A stretch of DNA of 64,000 bases from a bacterium. GTDB lineage: Bacteria > Ratteibacteria > UBA8468 > B48-G9 > DTJG01. Of the stretch, positions 10,001 through 21,492 are shown piece after piece. The stretch spans positions 15,170 through 79,169 of the forward strand of contig JAKPDB010000107.1 in NCBI GenBank assembly GCA_029552985.1, in the 5' to 3' direction. Numbering within the stretch: position 1 is the stretch's first letter; each line of letters opens with the position of its first letter. Below the pieces are notes generated by a model. It was not told where the DNA came from, did no database searches, and saw only the letters and a program-made list of their open reading frames with translations. Made by a program: the position numbers and the translations under genes.

Positions 10001-11417
10001 AGATGCACTGAGAAAAGAAAAGATGACAAAGATTGAATGGTGGAAATCACAGGGAATAGAGCCGTATGGTAGAAAATTTATCAGAGAACCAATTGTGTCT
10101 CTTACAGCTGAACGAAAGGGTCAGATATCTATTGCTGGCAGGATTATGACAATTCGCAGACATGGAAAGGCGGCTTTCTGCGATGTCATGGACCAGAGTG
10201 GAAAGATTCAGATTTACTTCAAGAAAGATATTCTGGGAGAAGTGCTTTTTGAAAGATTCAGAAATCTTGATGTGGGAGATATTATAGGAATAAAGGGTGA
10301 ACTTTTTACTACCCACACAGGACAATTAACGGTGCTTGTCAGGGATTTTGTTCTTCTTTCCAAAATTATAGGGACATTACCAGAAAAGTGGCATGGACTG
10401 AAGGATGTTGAAGTAAGATACAGAAAAAGGTATCTTGACCTCATCATGAATCCGCAGGCACAGAAAGTTTTTGAAACGCGAATAAAAATACTTAATCTCA
10501 TCAGGGACTTCCTTAACGAGGCCGGTTTTGTTGAGGTTGAAACACCAATGATGCATCCAATTCCTGGTGGCGCTGAAGCGAGGCCATTTATCACGCATCA
10601 CAACGCACTTGATATGGATCTGTATCTGAGAATTGCACCAGAACTGTATCTGAAAAAACTTCTTGTCGGGGGTATGGAAAGAGTTTATGAAATCAACAGA
10701 TCCTTCAGAAACGAAGGGATTTCAACCTTACATAATCCTGAATTTACAATGCTTGAATTATATTCAGCTTATGACGACTATCAGGAGATGATGAAACTGA
10801 CAGAAAAATTAATTTGTCACATTACACAGAACATTTTTGATACAGAAGAAATAGATTTTGGTGATACAAAAATTAACTTTCAATCACCGTGGAAAAAAAT
10901 TTATTGGCAAGATTGCTGGAAACAACTTGGCATTAACAACTGGAGGGATGTCAATGATGTAAAAAAAGCGTTTTCTGATTTGCACCTTGATACAGAAGGA
11001 AAACAGGACCTGTTTGAACTTCTTGATTTGCTTTTCAAAAGGGCCATTGAACCGAAGTTGATTGATCCCACATTCGTGATTAAATTTCCTGTTGAAACAT
11101 CGCCGCTTGCAAAGTCCTGGCCAGGCGAGCCATCAATGGTGGAAAGATTTGAACTTTTCATAGGCGGCCTTGAAGTGGCAAATGCCTATTCTGAATTAAA
11201 TGACCCGTTAGAGCAAAAAAAACGTTTCGAACAGGAACTTCAAAGACCTAGCGAAAGACCCAAAGTGATTGACCAGGACTATATAGAAGCGCTTGAGTAT
11301 GGCATGCCTCCTGCAGGCGGGCTTGGAATTGGCATCGACAGATTGGTGATGATTCTTACAGGATGCAATTCCATACGTGATGTCATTCTGTTTCCTTTAT
11401 TACGACCCAGACAATGA
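9993..11417 (+). CDS. lysS: lysine--tRNA ligase (class II)
   Basis: Class II aaRS motifs ([17 protein letters not shown]) and the OB anticodon-binding N-domain. An SD precedes the ATG at 9993. Confidence 0.9.
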   Translation: MSEDALRKEKMTKIEWWKSQGIEPYGRKFIREPIVSLTAERKGQISIAGRIMTIRRHGKAAFCDVMDQSGKIQIYFKKDILGEVLFERFRNLDVGDIIGIKGELFTTHTGQLTVLVRDFVLLSKIIGTLPEKWHGLKDVEVRYRKRYLDLIMNPQAQKVFETRIKILNLIRDFLNEAGFVEVETPMMHPIPGGAEARPFITHHNALDMDLYLRIAPELYLKKLLVGGMERVYEINRSFRNEGISTLHNPEFTMLELYSAYDDYQEMMKLTEKLICHITQNIFDTEEIDFGDTKINFQSPWKKIYWQDCWKQLGINNWRDVNDVKKAFSDLHLDTEGKQDLFELLDLLFKRAIEPKLIDPTFVIKFPVETSPLAKSWPGEPSMVERFELFIGGLEVANAYSELNDPLEQKKRFEQELQRPSERPKVIDQDYIEALEYGMPPAGGLGIGIDRLVMILTGCNSIRDVILFPLLRPRQ

Positions 11418-12949
11418 CATTTGATAAAATCAGGAATTCCTTTTTCTGGTTTTCCATTGTGACGATTTTATGCCGTATTGTCGGGCTTGTCAGAGAAATC
11501 GTTACAGCAAGATTTTTTGGGACCACCGGCATCTACGACGCATTTTTGATCGCATTTATGATACCAAATTTTTTCCGGGGGCTTCTTGCAGAAGGTGCAT
11601 TAAGCACTGCTTTTATTCCGGTTGTTTCCGAACTGATTGCGACAGGAGAGAAAAGAGAGGAAATACTGAAGGTCACTGGAGCGGTGTTTACATTTTTCCT
11701 CGTTGTCACAGTACTATTGTACGCAGTTGTTCTTCTTGCAAGTCAGATTCTACTAAAATATTTTTCTCTGCCTGCAAGAATTTCAGAAATCATATTTTTG
11801 TTGAGATTTACATTCCCGTATCTCATTTTTGTATCTCTTGCAGCATGGGCAATGGGCGTGCTCAATGCGAGGCACAGGTTTATTCTACCAGGATTAAACC
11901 CAATTATTCTTGATTTCTGGTGGATAATCGGCTTGTTCTTTTTTACTCATTTTTTTGGAAATACCCTTGACCGGAAAATTTTCGCTCTTTTAATAGGTGT
12001 GTTGCTGGGTGGATTGAGCCAGTTTGTTTCTCAATTGCCAGCAGTGTTTTCTGTCCATGGACCGATTGTGTTAAACACCCGGTGGAAACATCCCGCTTTA
12101 ATAAAAATGCTGAAAATGTTCAGTCCTGTTATTATTGGAGTGTCGGTGGGTCCGATAAATTTGCTTGTTGACTATTCGCTTGCACGCAGCCTTGCAGAGG
12201 GTGCAGTATCAGCGTTGTGGTATGCGACAAGGATTTATCAACTTCCACTTGGGGTTTTCAGCATCTCTCTTGCCACAGTGCTTTTGCCGCATTTATCAGG
12301 GGATGTGGCGATAAAGAAGATACAGCAGGTAAAAGATAACATTCAGAAAGGACTTGACCAGACAATTTTTCTTCTTGTTCCTTCTGCGATTGGTATGATT
12401 GTTTTTCGAAGAGAAATGATAGAACTTTTTTTCAAAAGAGGCATGTTTACAGGACATTCTGTGGAACTTACCGCGTATCCTTTAATGCTTTATTCAATCG
12501 GCCTTGTATTCTATGGTGCAGCAATTATTATCACAAGGGCATTTTATGCTCATCACGATACTGCGACACCTGTAAAAGTAGGGCTTATAAGCATCGGCAC
12601 AAATGCGCTGTTTGATATGATATTGATGAAATTTATGGGGCACGGAGGTATTGCATTGTCAACATCACTGGTAGGAATTGAGAATTTTGTTTTACTGATA
12701 TGGTTGTTTAAGAAAAAATTTGGGTTACTTGAGATGGAACGCATGACAAAAAGTTTTTCACGTGTTTTTTTGATGAGTTGTTTCTGGGGTATAATAATTG
12801 AAGGAATAAGAAGAACATTGGTGCCTTATGGAAATTCTGTAACTGTCATAGCAGGGACAATAACCGGAATACTAATGTACTTTGCTCTTGCCGCTGTTTT
12901 GAAATTTCCGGAGCTTTCTGGTGTAAGGATATTGAAATGGAAAATGTGA
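11414..12949 (+). CDS. murJ: lipid II flippase MurJ
   Basis: N-terminus [28 protein letters not shown] plus a 14-TM MOP/MVF architecture. Confidence 0.9.
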   Translation: MTFDKIRNSFFWFSIVTILCRIVGLVREIVTARFFGTTGIYDAFLIAFMIPNFFRGLLAEGALSTAFIPVVSELIATGEKREEILKVTGAVFTFFLVVTVLLYAVVLLASQILLKYFSLPARISEIIFLLRFTFPYLIFVSLAAWAMGVLNARHRFILPGLNPIILDFWWIIGLFFFTHFFGNTLDRKIFALLIGVLLGGLSQFVSQLPAVFSVHGPIVLNTRWKHPALIKMLKMFSPVIIGVSVGPINLLVDYSLARSLAEGAVSALWYATRIYQLPLGVFSISLATVLLPHLSGDVAIKKIQQVKDNIQKGLDQTIFLLVPSAIGMIVFRREMIELFFKRGMFTGHSVELTAYPLMLYSIGLVFYGAAIIITRAFYAHHDTATPVKVGLISIGTNALFDMILMKFMGHGGIALSTSLVGIENFVLLIWLFKKKFGLLEMERMTKSFSRVFLMSCFWGIIIEGIRRTLVPYGNSVTVIAGTITGILMYFALAAVLKFPELSGVRILKWKM

Positions 12950-13542
12950 TTTTATTTTTCTTTTTGATTTTTTCTGTTGTAATCCATGAATATTCACATG
13001 GTCTGGCTGCTTATTATAATGGAGATGACACTGCATATTTGATGGGAAGATTGACGTTAAACCCTGTTGCTCATCTTGACCCGATAGGAAGTATTCTGCT
13101 TCCTCTTGTTCTTGCTTTAACAGTGGGAGTACCTTTTGGATATGCAAAACCTGTGCCCATCAATCCGCTGCGTTTCAGGGATTACCAAAAAGGTATGATT
13201 ATGGTGGGTGCTGCGGGTTGTACGGCAAATTTTATTGCTGGATTTATTTTTTCTTTGATCAGCGGTATCGCAAAAGGAATGGCTTCTGAAATATTTCAAC
13301 TTGCGGCATTTATAAATTTTATTTTGTGTTTTTTCAACCTCATTCCAATTCCACCTCTTGACGGTTCAAGAATTGTTGCAGTCCTTTTGCCACCAAGATT
13401 TGGTGAATTGTTTAACAGGATTGAAAGATACGGTCTTTTTATCGTTTACGCACTTGTGTTTGCTGGCGGATTTAGATTTCTTGTTCCATTTTGTTCATCC
13501 CTTGTGAACCATTTTTCATCACTCATGCATCTTAATTTTTAG
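12937..13542 (+). CDS. site-2 protease family (peptidase M50-like) small membrane metalloprotease
   Basis: HEYSH (HExxH) and NLIPIPPLDGS (LDG) motifs. Confidence 0.7.
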   Translation: MENVILFFFLIFSVVIHEYSHGLAAYYNGDDTAYLMGRLTLNPVAHLDPIGSILLPLVLALTVGVPFGYAKPVPINPLRFRDYQKGMIMVGAAGCTANFIAGFIFSLISGIAKGMASEIFQLAAFINFILCFFNLIPIPPLDGSRIVAVLLPPRFGELFNRIERYGLFIVYALVFAGGFRFLVPFCSSLVNHFSSLMHLNF

Positions 13543-13562
13543 CAAATTAACCTGGAGTGAAT

Positions 13563-13886
13563 ATGGAAAAAACAGATTTTGTGGAACTGTTGCATTTTCT
13601 TCATGTCCTTTGTTGGCAGGCATTGGGAAAGATGGTAAACCCTGTTAGTGGAAAACCTGAAAAAAATTTACAGTTTGCAAAAAGGTTGATTGATATTCTT
13701 GAAACACTGCAGATGAAAACAAAGGGCAATCTTGAAGAAGATGAAGCAAGAATGCTTGAAGATATTCTTACTGACCTGAGGCTTAATTATGTGGATGAGT
13801 TGAATAAGGAGAGTAAAGAAAAAGAATCAAGCAGTCAAACTCAAGATGAAAGAAAAACTGAAACACAAGATAAAAACAATACCTGA
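13563..13886 (+). CDS. DUF1844-like small protein
   Basis: KTKGNL motif and an acidic C-terminus. Called from memory of the DUF1844 consensus. Confidence 0.45.
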   Translation: MEKTDFVELLHFLHVLCWQALGKMVNPVSGKPEKNLQFAKRLIDILETLQMKTKGNLEEDEARMLEDILTDLRLNYVDELNKESKEKESSSQTQDERKTETQDKNNT

Positions 13887-15108
13887 TTCCCCTGGTGTAT
13901 ATATCTTCAAAAATCGCAGTGGAGATGCAATTTATGTAGGAAAATCATCGCACCTTCGTAGCCGAATAAATTCCTATTTTACCACCCCATTTGAATACAA
14001 AAGGGCCTCGTTGCTTGAGGAAATTGATGACATTGAAGTCATTCCTGTTGCATCAGAAGGCGAAGCCCTTGTTCTGGAATGCTCTCTGATTAAAAAGTAC
14101 CAGCCCAGATACAATGTTGATCTGAAAGATGGTAAAACTTATCCATGGTTAAAAATTACGCATGACATTTTTCCTGCTGTTATGGTTGTGAGAGAGAAAA
14201 AGAAACTTGAACACCAGTACTTTGGGCCATTTACAGACGTCAAAGGACTGAAACAGGTGTTAAGATTTATCAGGAAGTATTATCCTGTAAGAACCTGTAG
14301 AAAAAAAATTGTTGAAGGAAAAACATCGAAACCATGTACATTTTTCTTCACAAAGCGCTGCTGTGGACCCTGTACCGGTAATGTAAATCCAGAAGAATAT
14401 AAAAAAATTGTTGAGGGAATTAAGGCGTTTTTTTCAGGAAAATACAAGCACTATTGCAAGCAATTAAAAAAACAATTGAATGAAGCAATAAAAACCTGGG
14501 ATTTTGAGAATGCAAAACTAATCGCTGAAAGAATTCATCTTCTTGAAAGGATGGAACAACGTCTTCCATGGAGAAGCGAGGATGAACTTCTTCTTTACAG
14601 AAAAGAAAATGTGCTACCTGCTCTTGCTGAAAAACTTTCACTTGGTAAAATACCAGCAGTGATTGAAGGGTATGACATTTCACACCTTGGGGCAAGCCAT
14701 GCCACAGGAAGCCGGGTTGTATTTAGGGGTGGGGTCCCGAGCAGGGCTGATTACAGGAAATTTCGAATTAAAACTGTTGACAAAGTCGATGATTACAGCA
14801 TGCTCAGGGAGGTAATAAGGAGAAGATTTACTGATCCTGAAATGACAGAAAAACCTGATTTAATTCTTGTGGACGGTGGGAAAGGTCAATTAAACGAAGT
14901 GATGAAAGAATTGGAAAATTTGAAACTCGATATTCCTGTTGTTGCGCTTGCGAAAAGAGAAGAAATCGTGTACTCAAGTTTGAGTAAGAAAGCAATTTTT
15001 TTTCCAAAGGACACAAGTGAACTTCATCTTCTTCAGGATATAAGAAACGAAGCTCACCGTTTTGCGCGGGCATATCACCTTAAGCTTCGTACAAAAGAAA
15101 TATCGTAA
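13846..15108 (+). CDS. uvrC: UvrC-like excinuclease (GIY-YIG + UVR + RNase H-like endonuclease domains; lacks C-terminal HhH)
   Basis: PGVYIF...GDAIYVGKS GIY-YIG motif and a UVR motif region. Only 420 aa. Confidence 0.75.
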   Translation: MKEKLKHKIKTIPDSPGVYIFKNRSGDAIYVGKSSHLRSRINSYFTTPFEYKRASLLEEIDDIEVIPVASEGEALVLECSLIKKYQPRYNVDLKDGKTYPWLKITHDIFPAVMVVREKKKLEHQYFGPFTDVKGLKQVLRFIRKYYPVRTCRKKIVEGKTSKPCTFFFTKRCCGPCTGNVNPEEYKKIVEGIKAFFSGKYKHYCKQLKKQLNEAIKTWDFENAKLIAERIHLLERMEQRLPWRSEDELLLYRKENVLPALAEKLSLGKIPAVIEGYDISHLGASHATGSRVVFRGGVPSRADYRKFRIKTVDKVDDYSMLREVIRRRFTDPEMTEKPDLILVDGGKGQLNEVMKELENLKLDIPVVALAKREEIVYSSLSKKAIFFPKDTSELHLLQDIRNEAHRFARAYHLKLRTKEIS

Positions 15109-15164
15109 ATCACGTGAATGTTTGTCCGCAAAGGTTCAACAACAAATGCAGTAGCAGCGCCAAA

Positions 15165-18100
15165 TTATAACATCTGATATGTGATAATTTCGACATCCTT
15201 TGTCAGACCACAGGGCACGATTTGATATTCATCAACAAACTCATTTCCTTCTGAAATAAACTGATATGGTCCTGTCCACACAGGATATTTCTGATAAAAA
15301 TGTAAAGGGCCATGAGAATTTCTTCTATGCCCGAGAAGTTCGATTTCAAGTAAATGAGATTCTCCATCCCTGACAAACTCTGTAATATCAATAGCATTTG
15401 GAGGCCATGCGATGATTCCTACCTGTTTTCCATCAACAAGAATTCTTACTGCTACGGCCCGGTATTCAGGGATGTTCACAAAAAGTTTTTGGTTCTGTTC
15501 AATTTTCACCTGTATCTGGTGAAGGTATGTCACATTCCCTGAATAAAACAACAGCCCCTGATGTGTCCAGTCACCAATAGTTAGTTTGTCCACTTTTTCT
15601 GTAATTACAGGGTTACCATTAACCATTTTTACTCCAAAGCTTCCAAGTAAGTAAACAATTTCAAATCCTGGATGGTCAGCATTGTAATCAGTTTCAATTA
15701 TTATTTCGTTTTCACCCTTTTTGAGAATGCACGGATCAAATTTTAATAGTTCCAGAGACCTGTCAACCCACCAACCTGACTTTATGTCAGTGGGTATTGA
15801 ATAGCCATTGATAGAAATTCTGTAAAGAGACGGTTTTTCAATGGCAAGGCATGTTTCTCCTGATGGAATGTTTTCGATAATAAAAGAGTATTTCAAAGTT
15901 ACAGGAGTTGATTTAAGTTTTTTATTTTTTTCCCTCGCCCATGGTTGTACCATTGTTCCACCGCGCAGGGATATGCCAAGTTGTTTTCTGACTTCCCTGT
16001 CGAGCTTAAGGATTTCTTTTTCTTCCTGCCAGGTATCTTTCCCAATTTTATAAGCCGCTCTATCAAGTACAAAAACATTTGGTTCTGAAAGGAGTATATC
16101 CCAGAAATCTTTCTCAATTTTTGTTCTTTGAATTTCTTTCAATCTTTCTCTTGTTTCGACATTCAGCTTTATTTCCTTTTTGGGTATAATAAAAAGTTTG
16201 CTTCCAATACCAGGAAAAGATGTTTTTATGGCATAGCCATTTTCCTTTTTGATTGCCTCCACTGAGTAAAGTTTTCCTGAATCAGGATCAAGTTCAATGG
16301 CTGGATATTGCCAATCAGGAATTCCTGAAATCATCACATTATTGAATTCTATGTTTCTTTCTAATGAAAGGGTGTGTCTTTCCGAAAGGTCTTTCCATTC
16401 CATAGAGGTATTACACAAGAACAAATAATATGCGTCATTGTCTTCCCTTAAAAAATAAAGGATTTGTTTCACTTCATTTCCATTTTCATCTTTGATTGAT
16501 ACCCTTTTTGCTTTACTTTCTAATTTTTTTACTGATTCTTCAAACGAACTGGCAATTTCAAAACCATCAAAAATGTTTCCTGTAGCTGGTAATGCATCCA
16601 CATACTCAGGGGTTTTTTCAACAAATAGAACTGTTCCACCTGCTTGTCTGAATTTCTTCAGCAAATTTAATGTGGTGCTTCTTATTGTATAAAGAGGGGG
16701 TACAACGACTGCTTTATATCTGGCTTGATTCACTTGAAATACTGGATAGTCGTCTACTTTAGTCACTTTTGCCCATTGCGAAAGAATTTCTTCGTCTCCA
16801 TAATCAAAATCAATGTGAGATGAGAGGAAACTATCGCACAGTTGCTGAAACATTCTATCATATTCGATAATGTCCTTATCTCTTCCAAGCAATTTTCTCT
16901 CACTATCAAGTTCTGGCATTCTAAAAATTGCCCACATACTTTCAATAGGATGAATTACAAGAAGGTCTCTTACTTCCCTCCCTTTTGTCATCACTACGTA
17001 AATTCTGGCAAAGTAGTTCTCAACTTTGCTATACAGGTGCCACCAGGGAGATTGATAAAAAATACTTGCGGGATAATCTCTTTTTGCCTCACCAAGCATT
17101 GTGTACCAGGATAAATGCTGGCATCGTAAATTGATTCCAAGTGCAGTTTGCCAGTCACCAATGGCTTTGTGACCTGAAAACGGAAAGTCCCAGCCAGTGC
17201 ATCCATATGTTTCTGTTAATCTCCATTTTCTTCCAAACTGGTTTGCCACAGAACTTACCTGTTTTGCAGTATTGAATTCTCTTCTGTGTTCAGTGAGAAT
17301 ATCCATTCCAGGTGCCTGCATAAACTGGTAAAATCTCATGGCGCTTCCAACAACATTCGTCTGGGAACTGAGTGTTTCTTCTGAAAGAACATGTCCTGTA
17401 AAAAGAATTTTATTTTTTTCGCACCAGTCGCCAATCTGTTTTGCAAAGGCACTCACAAAAAGATGCGTGATGCAATCAAAGTAATGGTATCTTACCCTTG
17501 ATATTTTCTGATTTTCAGTGTCAAAGTAAATTTCAGGCAGGTGATTCAATATGTCATAACCATATCGTTTTTTGAAGACATCTGGTAATTTTTCTGTCCA
17601 GCTAACAATAATATTTGCTTCTGGTTGAGCTGGCCAGATATAGTGAAAGTAATGGCTACCATAATTTGGCTCGTCAGTAAAGATGCCCGGTATGACAGTT
17701 CCAAGATATTTACCGCAATTTTTCTTGTATTGCTGGTGAGTAATGTTGATAAATTCCCTGACTGCTCTGTCGTTCATGGTATCAAGATAGGTATACCCAT
17801 TATACCAGTCAGAATTTTTTTGTACTTCAACAGAGAAAACAAGAATTTTTGAGCCCGGCGTTTGCGTTTCATTCCTTTTTATTCTCTTATAACTTTTTAT
17901 TTTTCTGCCTTCGAAGTTTACAGCAAACACGGCAAGGACATTGTTAGACCACTTTACCTGTTTTACATTATCAAATATTTTCATGCAAAGATATCTCATC
18001 CTGTATTCTGGATTTTTTGTAACAAGACCTCCTGCAGCTCCTGATGGCCATCTATCTTCGTCATATAGATAAGCAAGCATCCCGAGTTTTTCTGCTTCAT

Positions 18101-18329
18101 CAGCACAGGCATTGATACATTCAAACCATTCCTTTGAAAGATATGCTGTATCAAGACCCACTCTGGAGTGCATAAAAAATCCTCCAAGACCCATTTGATA
18201 CATAATCCTGATCTGTCTTGTTAATTCTTCTGGTTCAAGTTTTCCATTCCACGCCCAGAAAGGGGCACCTCGATAAACACTACCAGGGGATTTGAATTCC
18301 TCGAGCATTTTTTCTATTTTCTTATCCAT
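15165..18329 (-). CDS. large (1054 aa) cytoplasmic glycoside-hydrolase-like protein, family uncertain
   Basis: N-terminus YRGAPFWAWNGKLEPEEL...QMGLGGFFMHSR resembles the N-termini of some bacterial GH-like proteins. No signal peptide. Confidence 0.4.
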   Translation of the reverse strand: MDKKIEKMLEEFKSPGSVYRGAPFWAWNGKLEPEELTRQIRIMYQMGLGGFFMHSRVGLDTAYLSKEWFECINACADEAEKLGMLAYLYDEDRWPSGAAGGLVTKNPEYRMRYLCMKIFDNVKQVKWSNNVLAVFAVNFEGRKIKSYKRIKRNETQTPGSKILVFSVEVQKNSDWYNGYTYLDTMNDRAVREFINITHQQYKKNCGKYLGTVIPGIFTDEPNYGSHYFHYIWPAQPEANIIVSWTEKLPDVFKKRYGYDILNHLPEIYFDTENQKISRVRYHYFDCITHLFVSAFAKQIGDWCEKNKILFTGHVLSEETLSSQTNVVGSAMRFYQFMQAPGMDILTEHRREFNTAKQVSSVANQFGRKWRLTETYGCTGWDFPFSGHKAIGDWQTALGINLRCQHLSWYTMLGEAKRDYPASIFYQSPWWHLYSKVENYFARIYVVMTKGREVRDLLVIHPIESMWAIFRMPELDSERKLLGRDKDIIEYDRMFQQLCDSFLSSHIDFDYGDEEILSQWAKVTKVDDYPVFQVNQARYKAVVVPPLYTIRSTTLNLLKKFRQAGGTVLFVEKTPEYVDALPATGNIFDGFEIASSFEESVKKLESKAKRVSIKDENGNEVKQILYFLREDNDAYYLFLCNTSMEWKDLSERHTLSLERNIEFNNVMISGIPDWQYPAIELDPDSGKLYSVEAIKKENGYAIKTSFPGIGSKLFIIPKKEIKLNVETRERLKEIQRTKIEKDFWDILLSEPNVFVLDRAAYKIGKDTWQEEKEILKLDREVRKQLGISLRGGTMVQPWAREKNKKLKSTPVTLKYSFIIENIPSGETCLAIEKPSLYRISINGYSIPTDIKSGWWVDRSLELLKFDPCILKKGENEIIIETDYNADHPGFEIVYLLGSFGVKMVNGNPVITEKVDKLTIGDWTHQGLLFYSGNVTYLHQIQVKIEQNQKLFVNIPEYRAVAVRILVDGKQVGIIAWPPNAIDITEFVRDGESHLLEIELLGHRRNSHGPLHFYQKYPVWTGPYQFISEGNEFVDEYQIVPCGLTKDVEIITYQML

Positions 18330-18442
18330 AATGCCTTCCTTGTTATTTAAAAATTTTGTATTTGCGATTTGAAAAAATCATATAATATGGTTATGTTTTA
18401 GTCAACAGGAACTGATCTATGATGTTAGAAAGGAAAAATTTT

Positions 18443-18471
18443 TGACATATACTGTTGAAAAGTGTACAATA
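18443..18471 (+). promoter_or_regulatory. sigma70-type promoter (TTGACA-17-TACAAT) upstream of gap
   Basis: Exact consensus -35 and -10 hexamers with a 17-nt spacer, 38 nt upstream of the gap ATG. AAAGGAGG SD at 18496-18503. Confidence 0.55.
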
Positions 18472-18509
18472 ACAGCACCAACCTAACAAACACCTGAAAA
18501 GGAGGAATT

Positions 18510-19514
18510 ATGAGAGTTGCGATTAATGGTTTTGGGAGAATTGGAAGATTGGTATTGAGAGCCGCGATTGAAAAAGGAATGGAGGGTTTTGAAATAGTAG
18601 CATTTAATGATATAGCCGATGTTAAAACAAATGCGCATCTTTTTAAGTATGATTCAAACTATGGAATTTTTCAGGGCAGTGTTGAAGTAAGAGAAAAAGA
18701 AATTGTAATTAACGGAAAACCATACAGGGTTCTCGTTGAGAAAGATCCAAAAAACCTTCCCTGGAAGGATTTGAAGGTAGATGTAGTTGTTGAATCAACT
18801 GGACTTTTTACAGAAGCAGAAAAGGCAAAGGCGCACATTGAAGCAGGTGCAAAAAAGGTTGTTATCACTGCTCCCGCAAAGGGCGAGGATGTGATGATTG
18901 TGATCGGAGTTAATGACTCCATGTATGACCCATCAAGACACAACATTATCTCAAATGCATCCTGCACAACAAATTGTCTTGCTCCAATGGTAAAGGTTCT
19001 TGATGATTCATTCGGTGTTGTCAAAGGGCTGATGACGACCATTCATGCGTATACAAACGATCAGAGAATTCTTGACCTTCCCCACAAAGACCTTCGAAGG
19101 GCGAGAGCAGCGGCTTTATCAATGATTCCAACTACAACCGGGGCTGCGAAAGCAATAGGGAAAGTGATTCCAAAGTTAAACGGGAAACTGAATGGTATTG
19201 CAATAAGAGTTCCCACACCCACAGTGTCAATAGTTGATTTTGTTGCTCAACTCGAGAAAAAGGTTGATGATAAAACAGTGAACGAGGCATTCAAAAAGGC
19301 ATCAGAAACATCATTGAAAGGAATTCTGCAGTATTGTGACGAACCACTTGTTTCAAGGGATTTTGTCAGGAACGAACACTCCTGCATTTTTGATGCTCTA
19401 TCCACATATATAATTGATGGCGACATGGTGAAGGTTTTCGGCTGGTATGACAACGAGTGGGGATACAGTTGCAGGATTGTAGACCTATTGAAACTCATAG
19501 CCAGAAAGGGTTGA
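18510..19514 (+). CDS. gap: glyceraldehyde-3-phosphate dehydrogenase
   Basis: NGFGRIGR and SCTTNCLAP motifs. Confidence 0.95.
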   Translation: MRVAINGFGRIGRLVLRAAIEKGMEGFEIVAFNDIADVKTNAHLFKYDSNYGIFQGSVEVREKEIVINGKPYRVLVEKDPKNLPWKDLKVDVVVESTGLFTEAEKAKAHIEAGAKKVVITAPAKGEDVMIVIGVNDSMYDPSRHNIISNASCTTNCLAPMVKVLDDSFGVVKGLMTTIHAYTNDQRILDLPHKDLRRARAAALSMIPTTTGAAKAIGKVIPKLNGKLNGIAIRVPTPTVSIVDFVAQLEKKVDDKTVNEAFKKASETSLKGILQYCDEPLVSRDFVRNEHSCIFDALSTYIIDGDMVKVFGWYDNEWGYSCRIVDLLKLIARKG

Positions 19515-19532
19515 GTTTTCCGGGAGGAAACA

Positions 19533-20717
19533 ATGGAACTGATAACAGTTAAGGACAAGGATTATTCAGGAAAGCGTGTGTTTGTCCGGGTCGATTTTAA
19601 TGTTCCTCTTGATAAAAATTTAAACATTACAGACGATACAAGAATCAGGGCTTCGCTGGATACAATCAATTATTTATTAAGCCAGAATGCGATTGTAATT
19701 TGTTCTTCCCATCTGGGAAGGCCAAAGGGAAAGCCAGTTCTTGAAATGAGTCTTGAACCTGTGGCAAAGCGGCTTTCTGAACTGACCGGCAAGCAGGTAA
19801 AATTTGCAAAGGATTGTATAGGAACAGAGGCAAAAAAGGTAGTTGATTCTGCAAAGCCAGGGGACATTATTTTGCTTGAAAATTTGAGATTTCATCCTGA
19901 AGAAGAGGAAAACGATGAGACATTTGCAAAAGAACTGGCAGGACTTGCGGATTGCTATGTCAACGATGCTTTTGGTTCATCCCATCGTGCACACGCATCA
20001 ATTGTTGGTATCACAAAATTTCTCCAGGATAAGGCAGCAGGTTTCTTAATCGAAAAAGAAGTCAATGCATTAAGCAAACTTCTCGAAAATCCTGAAAGAC
20101 CTTTCTTATTGATTATAGGTGGAGCAAAGGTTGCTGACAAAATAGGGATGATCAGGAATTTGCTTGACAGGGTGGACACCATTATTACTGGTGGAGTGAT
20201 GGCTTATACCTTTATCAGGGCGAATAACTGGGAAACAGGAAACTCAAAGGTCGAAATTGATGCAATTCCTCTTGCAAAAGAGATTTATAAGGAATTGAGG
20301 AAACGGCATCTTGAATTCCATACTCCCCTTGACCACGTTGTTGCTGACAAAATAGCAGAAGATGCTCACTATTTTACAACTGAAAGGGGCACTGTTCCAA
20401 TTGGCTGGACTGGTGTGGACATAGGACCACAGGCAATTGAAGAGTATGTTGATTGCATCAGAAGGGCAAGGACAATATTCTGGAACGGACCGATGGGTGT
20501 TTTTGAAATCGAAGCATTTGCAAAAGGAACTATTGAAATCGCAAAAGCTATTGCAGCGACGAATGCGTTTTCTGTTGTCGGTGGAGGTGATTCAATCGCA
20601 GCAATAAATAAAGCCGGAGTTGCAGACAAGATTTCTCACATCTGTACAGGTGGCGGAGCATCTCTTGAATTTCTTGAAGGAAAGGGGCTACCGGGTATAG
20701 ACGTTCTTAAAAAGTGA
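19533..20717 (+). CDS. pgk: phosphoglycerate kinase
   Basis: RVDFNVP and FWNGPMGVFE motifs. Confidence 0.95.
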   Translation: MELITVKDKDYSGKRVFVRVDFNVPLDKNLNITDDTRIRASLDTINYLLSQNAIVICSSHLGRPKGKPVLEMSLEPVAKRLSELTGKQVKFAKDCIGTEAKKVVDSAKPGDIILLENLRFHPEEEENDETFAKELAGLADCYVNDAFGSSHRAHASIVGITKFLQDKAAGFLIEKEVNALSKLLENPERPFLLIIGGAKVADKIGMIRNLLDRVDTIITGGVMAYTFIRANNWETGNSKVEIDAIPLAKEIYKELRKRHLEFHTPLDHVVADKIAEDAHYFTTERGTVPIGWTGVDIGPQAIEEYVDCIRRARTIFWNGPMGVFEIEAFAKGTIEIAKAIAATNAFSVVGGGDSIAAINKAGVADKISHICTGGGASLEFLEGKGLPGIDVLKK

Positions 20718-20724
20718 GGAGACA

Positions 20725-21477
20725 TTGATAAAACCACTTATTGCGGGCAACTGGAAAATGTACAAAACGCCTTCAGAAGCAGAACTATTTGCTCTGGAGT
20801 TGAAAAAAATTCCACAACAAAATGATAGGGATGTTCTTGTTTGCGTACCGTTTCCTGCACTGGTGGGCGTAAGTAGAATCCTGAAAGATTCTGGAATTTT
20901 TGTTGGAGCGCAAAATGTTTATCCCGCAAAAGAGGGTGCCTTTACCGGTGAGGTGAGTCCATTAATGATAAAGGATGCTGGAGCATCTTTTGTCATTTGC
21001 GGACATTCAGAACGAAGGCAGATTTTTGAGGAAACAGACCAGTTTATATCAGAAAAGGTTAAAATTGTCGTTGATTGCGGGATGACACCGATTTTGTGCG
21101 TGGGTGAAACACTCCAGCAGAATGAAGAAGGTAAAACCTTTTCTGTGGTTGAAAGCCAGTTGAAAATTGGTTTGCAGCACATTTCCAGTTCTTTGATTAA
21201 CAATGTTGTGATTGCATATGAACCTGTCTGGGCGATAGGCACAGGCAAGAATGCAAGTCCGCAACAGGCACAGCAGGTCCACCTTTTTATAAAAAGAGTA
21301 CTTGAGAAAATTTATGGAGGATCTTCCACAATGGTCCGGGTTCTTTATGGCGGCAGTGTAAAGCCAGAAAACATAGATGAATTAATGTCTCAACCAGATA
21401 TCAATGGTGTTCTTGTAGGTGGAGCAAGTTTGAAGATTGAATCTTTTTCAAGAATCGTATCTTTCAAAAAAAATTAA
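20725..21477 (+). CDS. tpiA: triosephosphate isomerase (TTG start)
   Basis: IAGNWKM, AYEPVWAIGTG and GGSV motifs. TTG start follows a GAGGAG SD. Confidence 0.95.
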   Translation: MIKPLIAGNWKMYKTPSEAELFALELKKIPQQNDRDVLVCVPFPALVGVSRILKDSGIFVGAQNVYPAKEGAFTGEVSPLMIKDAGASFVICGHSERRQIFEETDQFISEKVKIVVDCGMTPILCVGETLQQNEEGKTFSVVESQLKIGLQHISSSLINNVVIAYEPVWAIGTGKNASPQQAQQVHLFIKRVLEKIYGGSSTMVRVLYGGSVKPENIDELMSQPDINGVLVGGASLKIESFSRIVSFKKN

Positions 21478-21492
21478 AATCGTGAGGTTTGT

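Noticed and set aside
11470-11913. 147-aa alternate-frame ORF within murJ
   Set aside because: Same strand but out of frame with a well-conserved MurJ. Cys/Arg-rich and not membrane-like.
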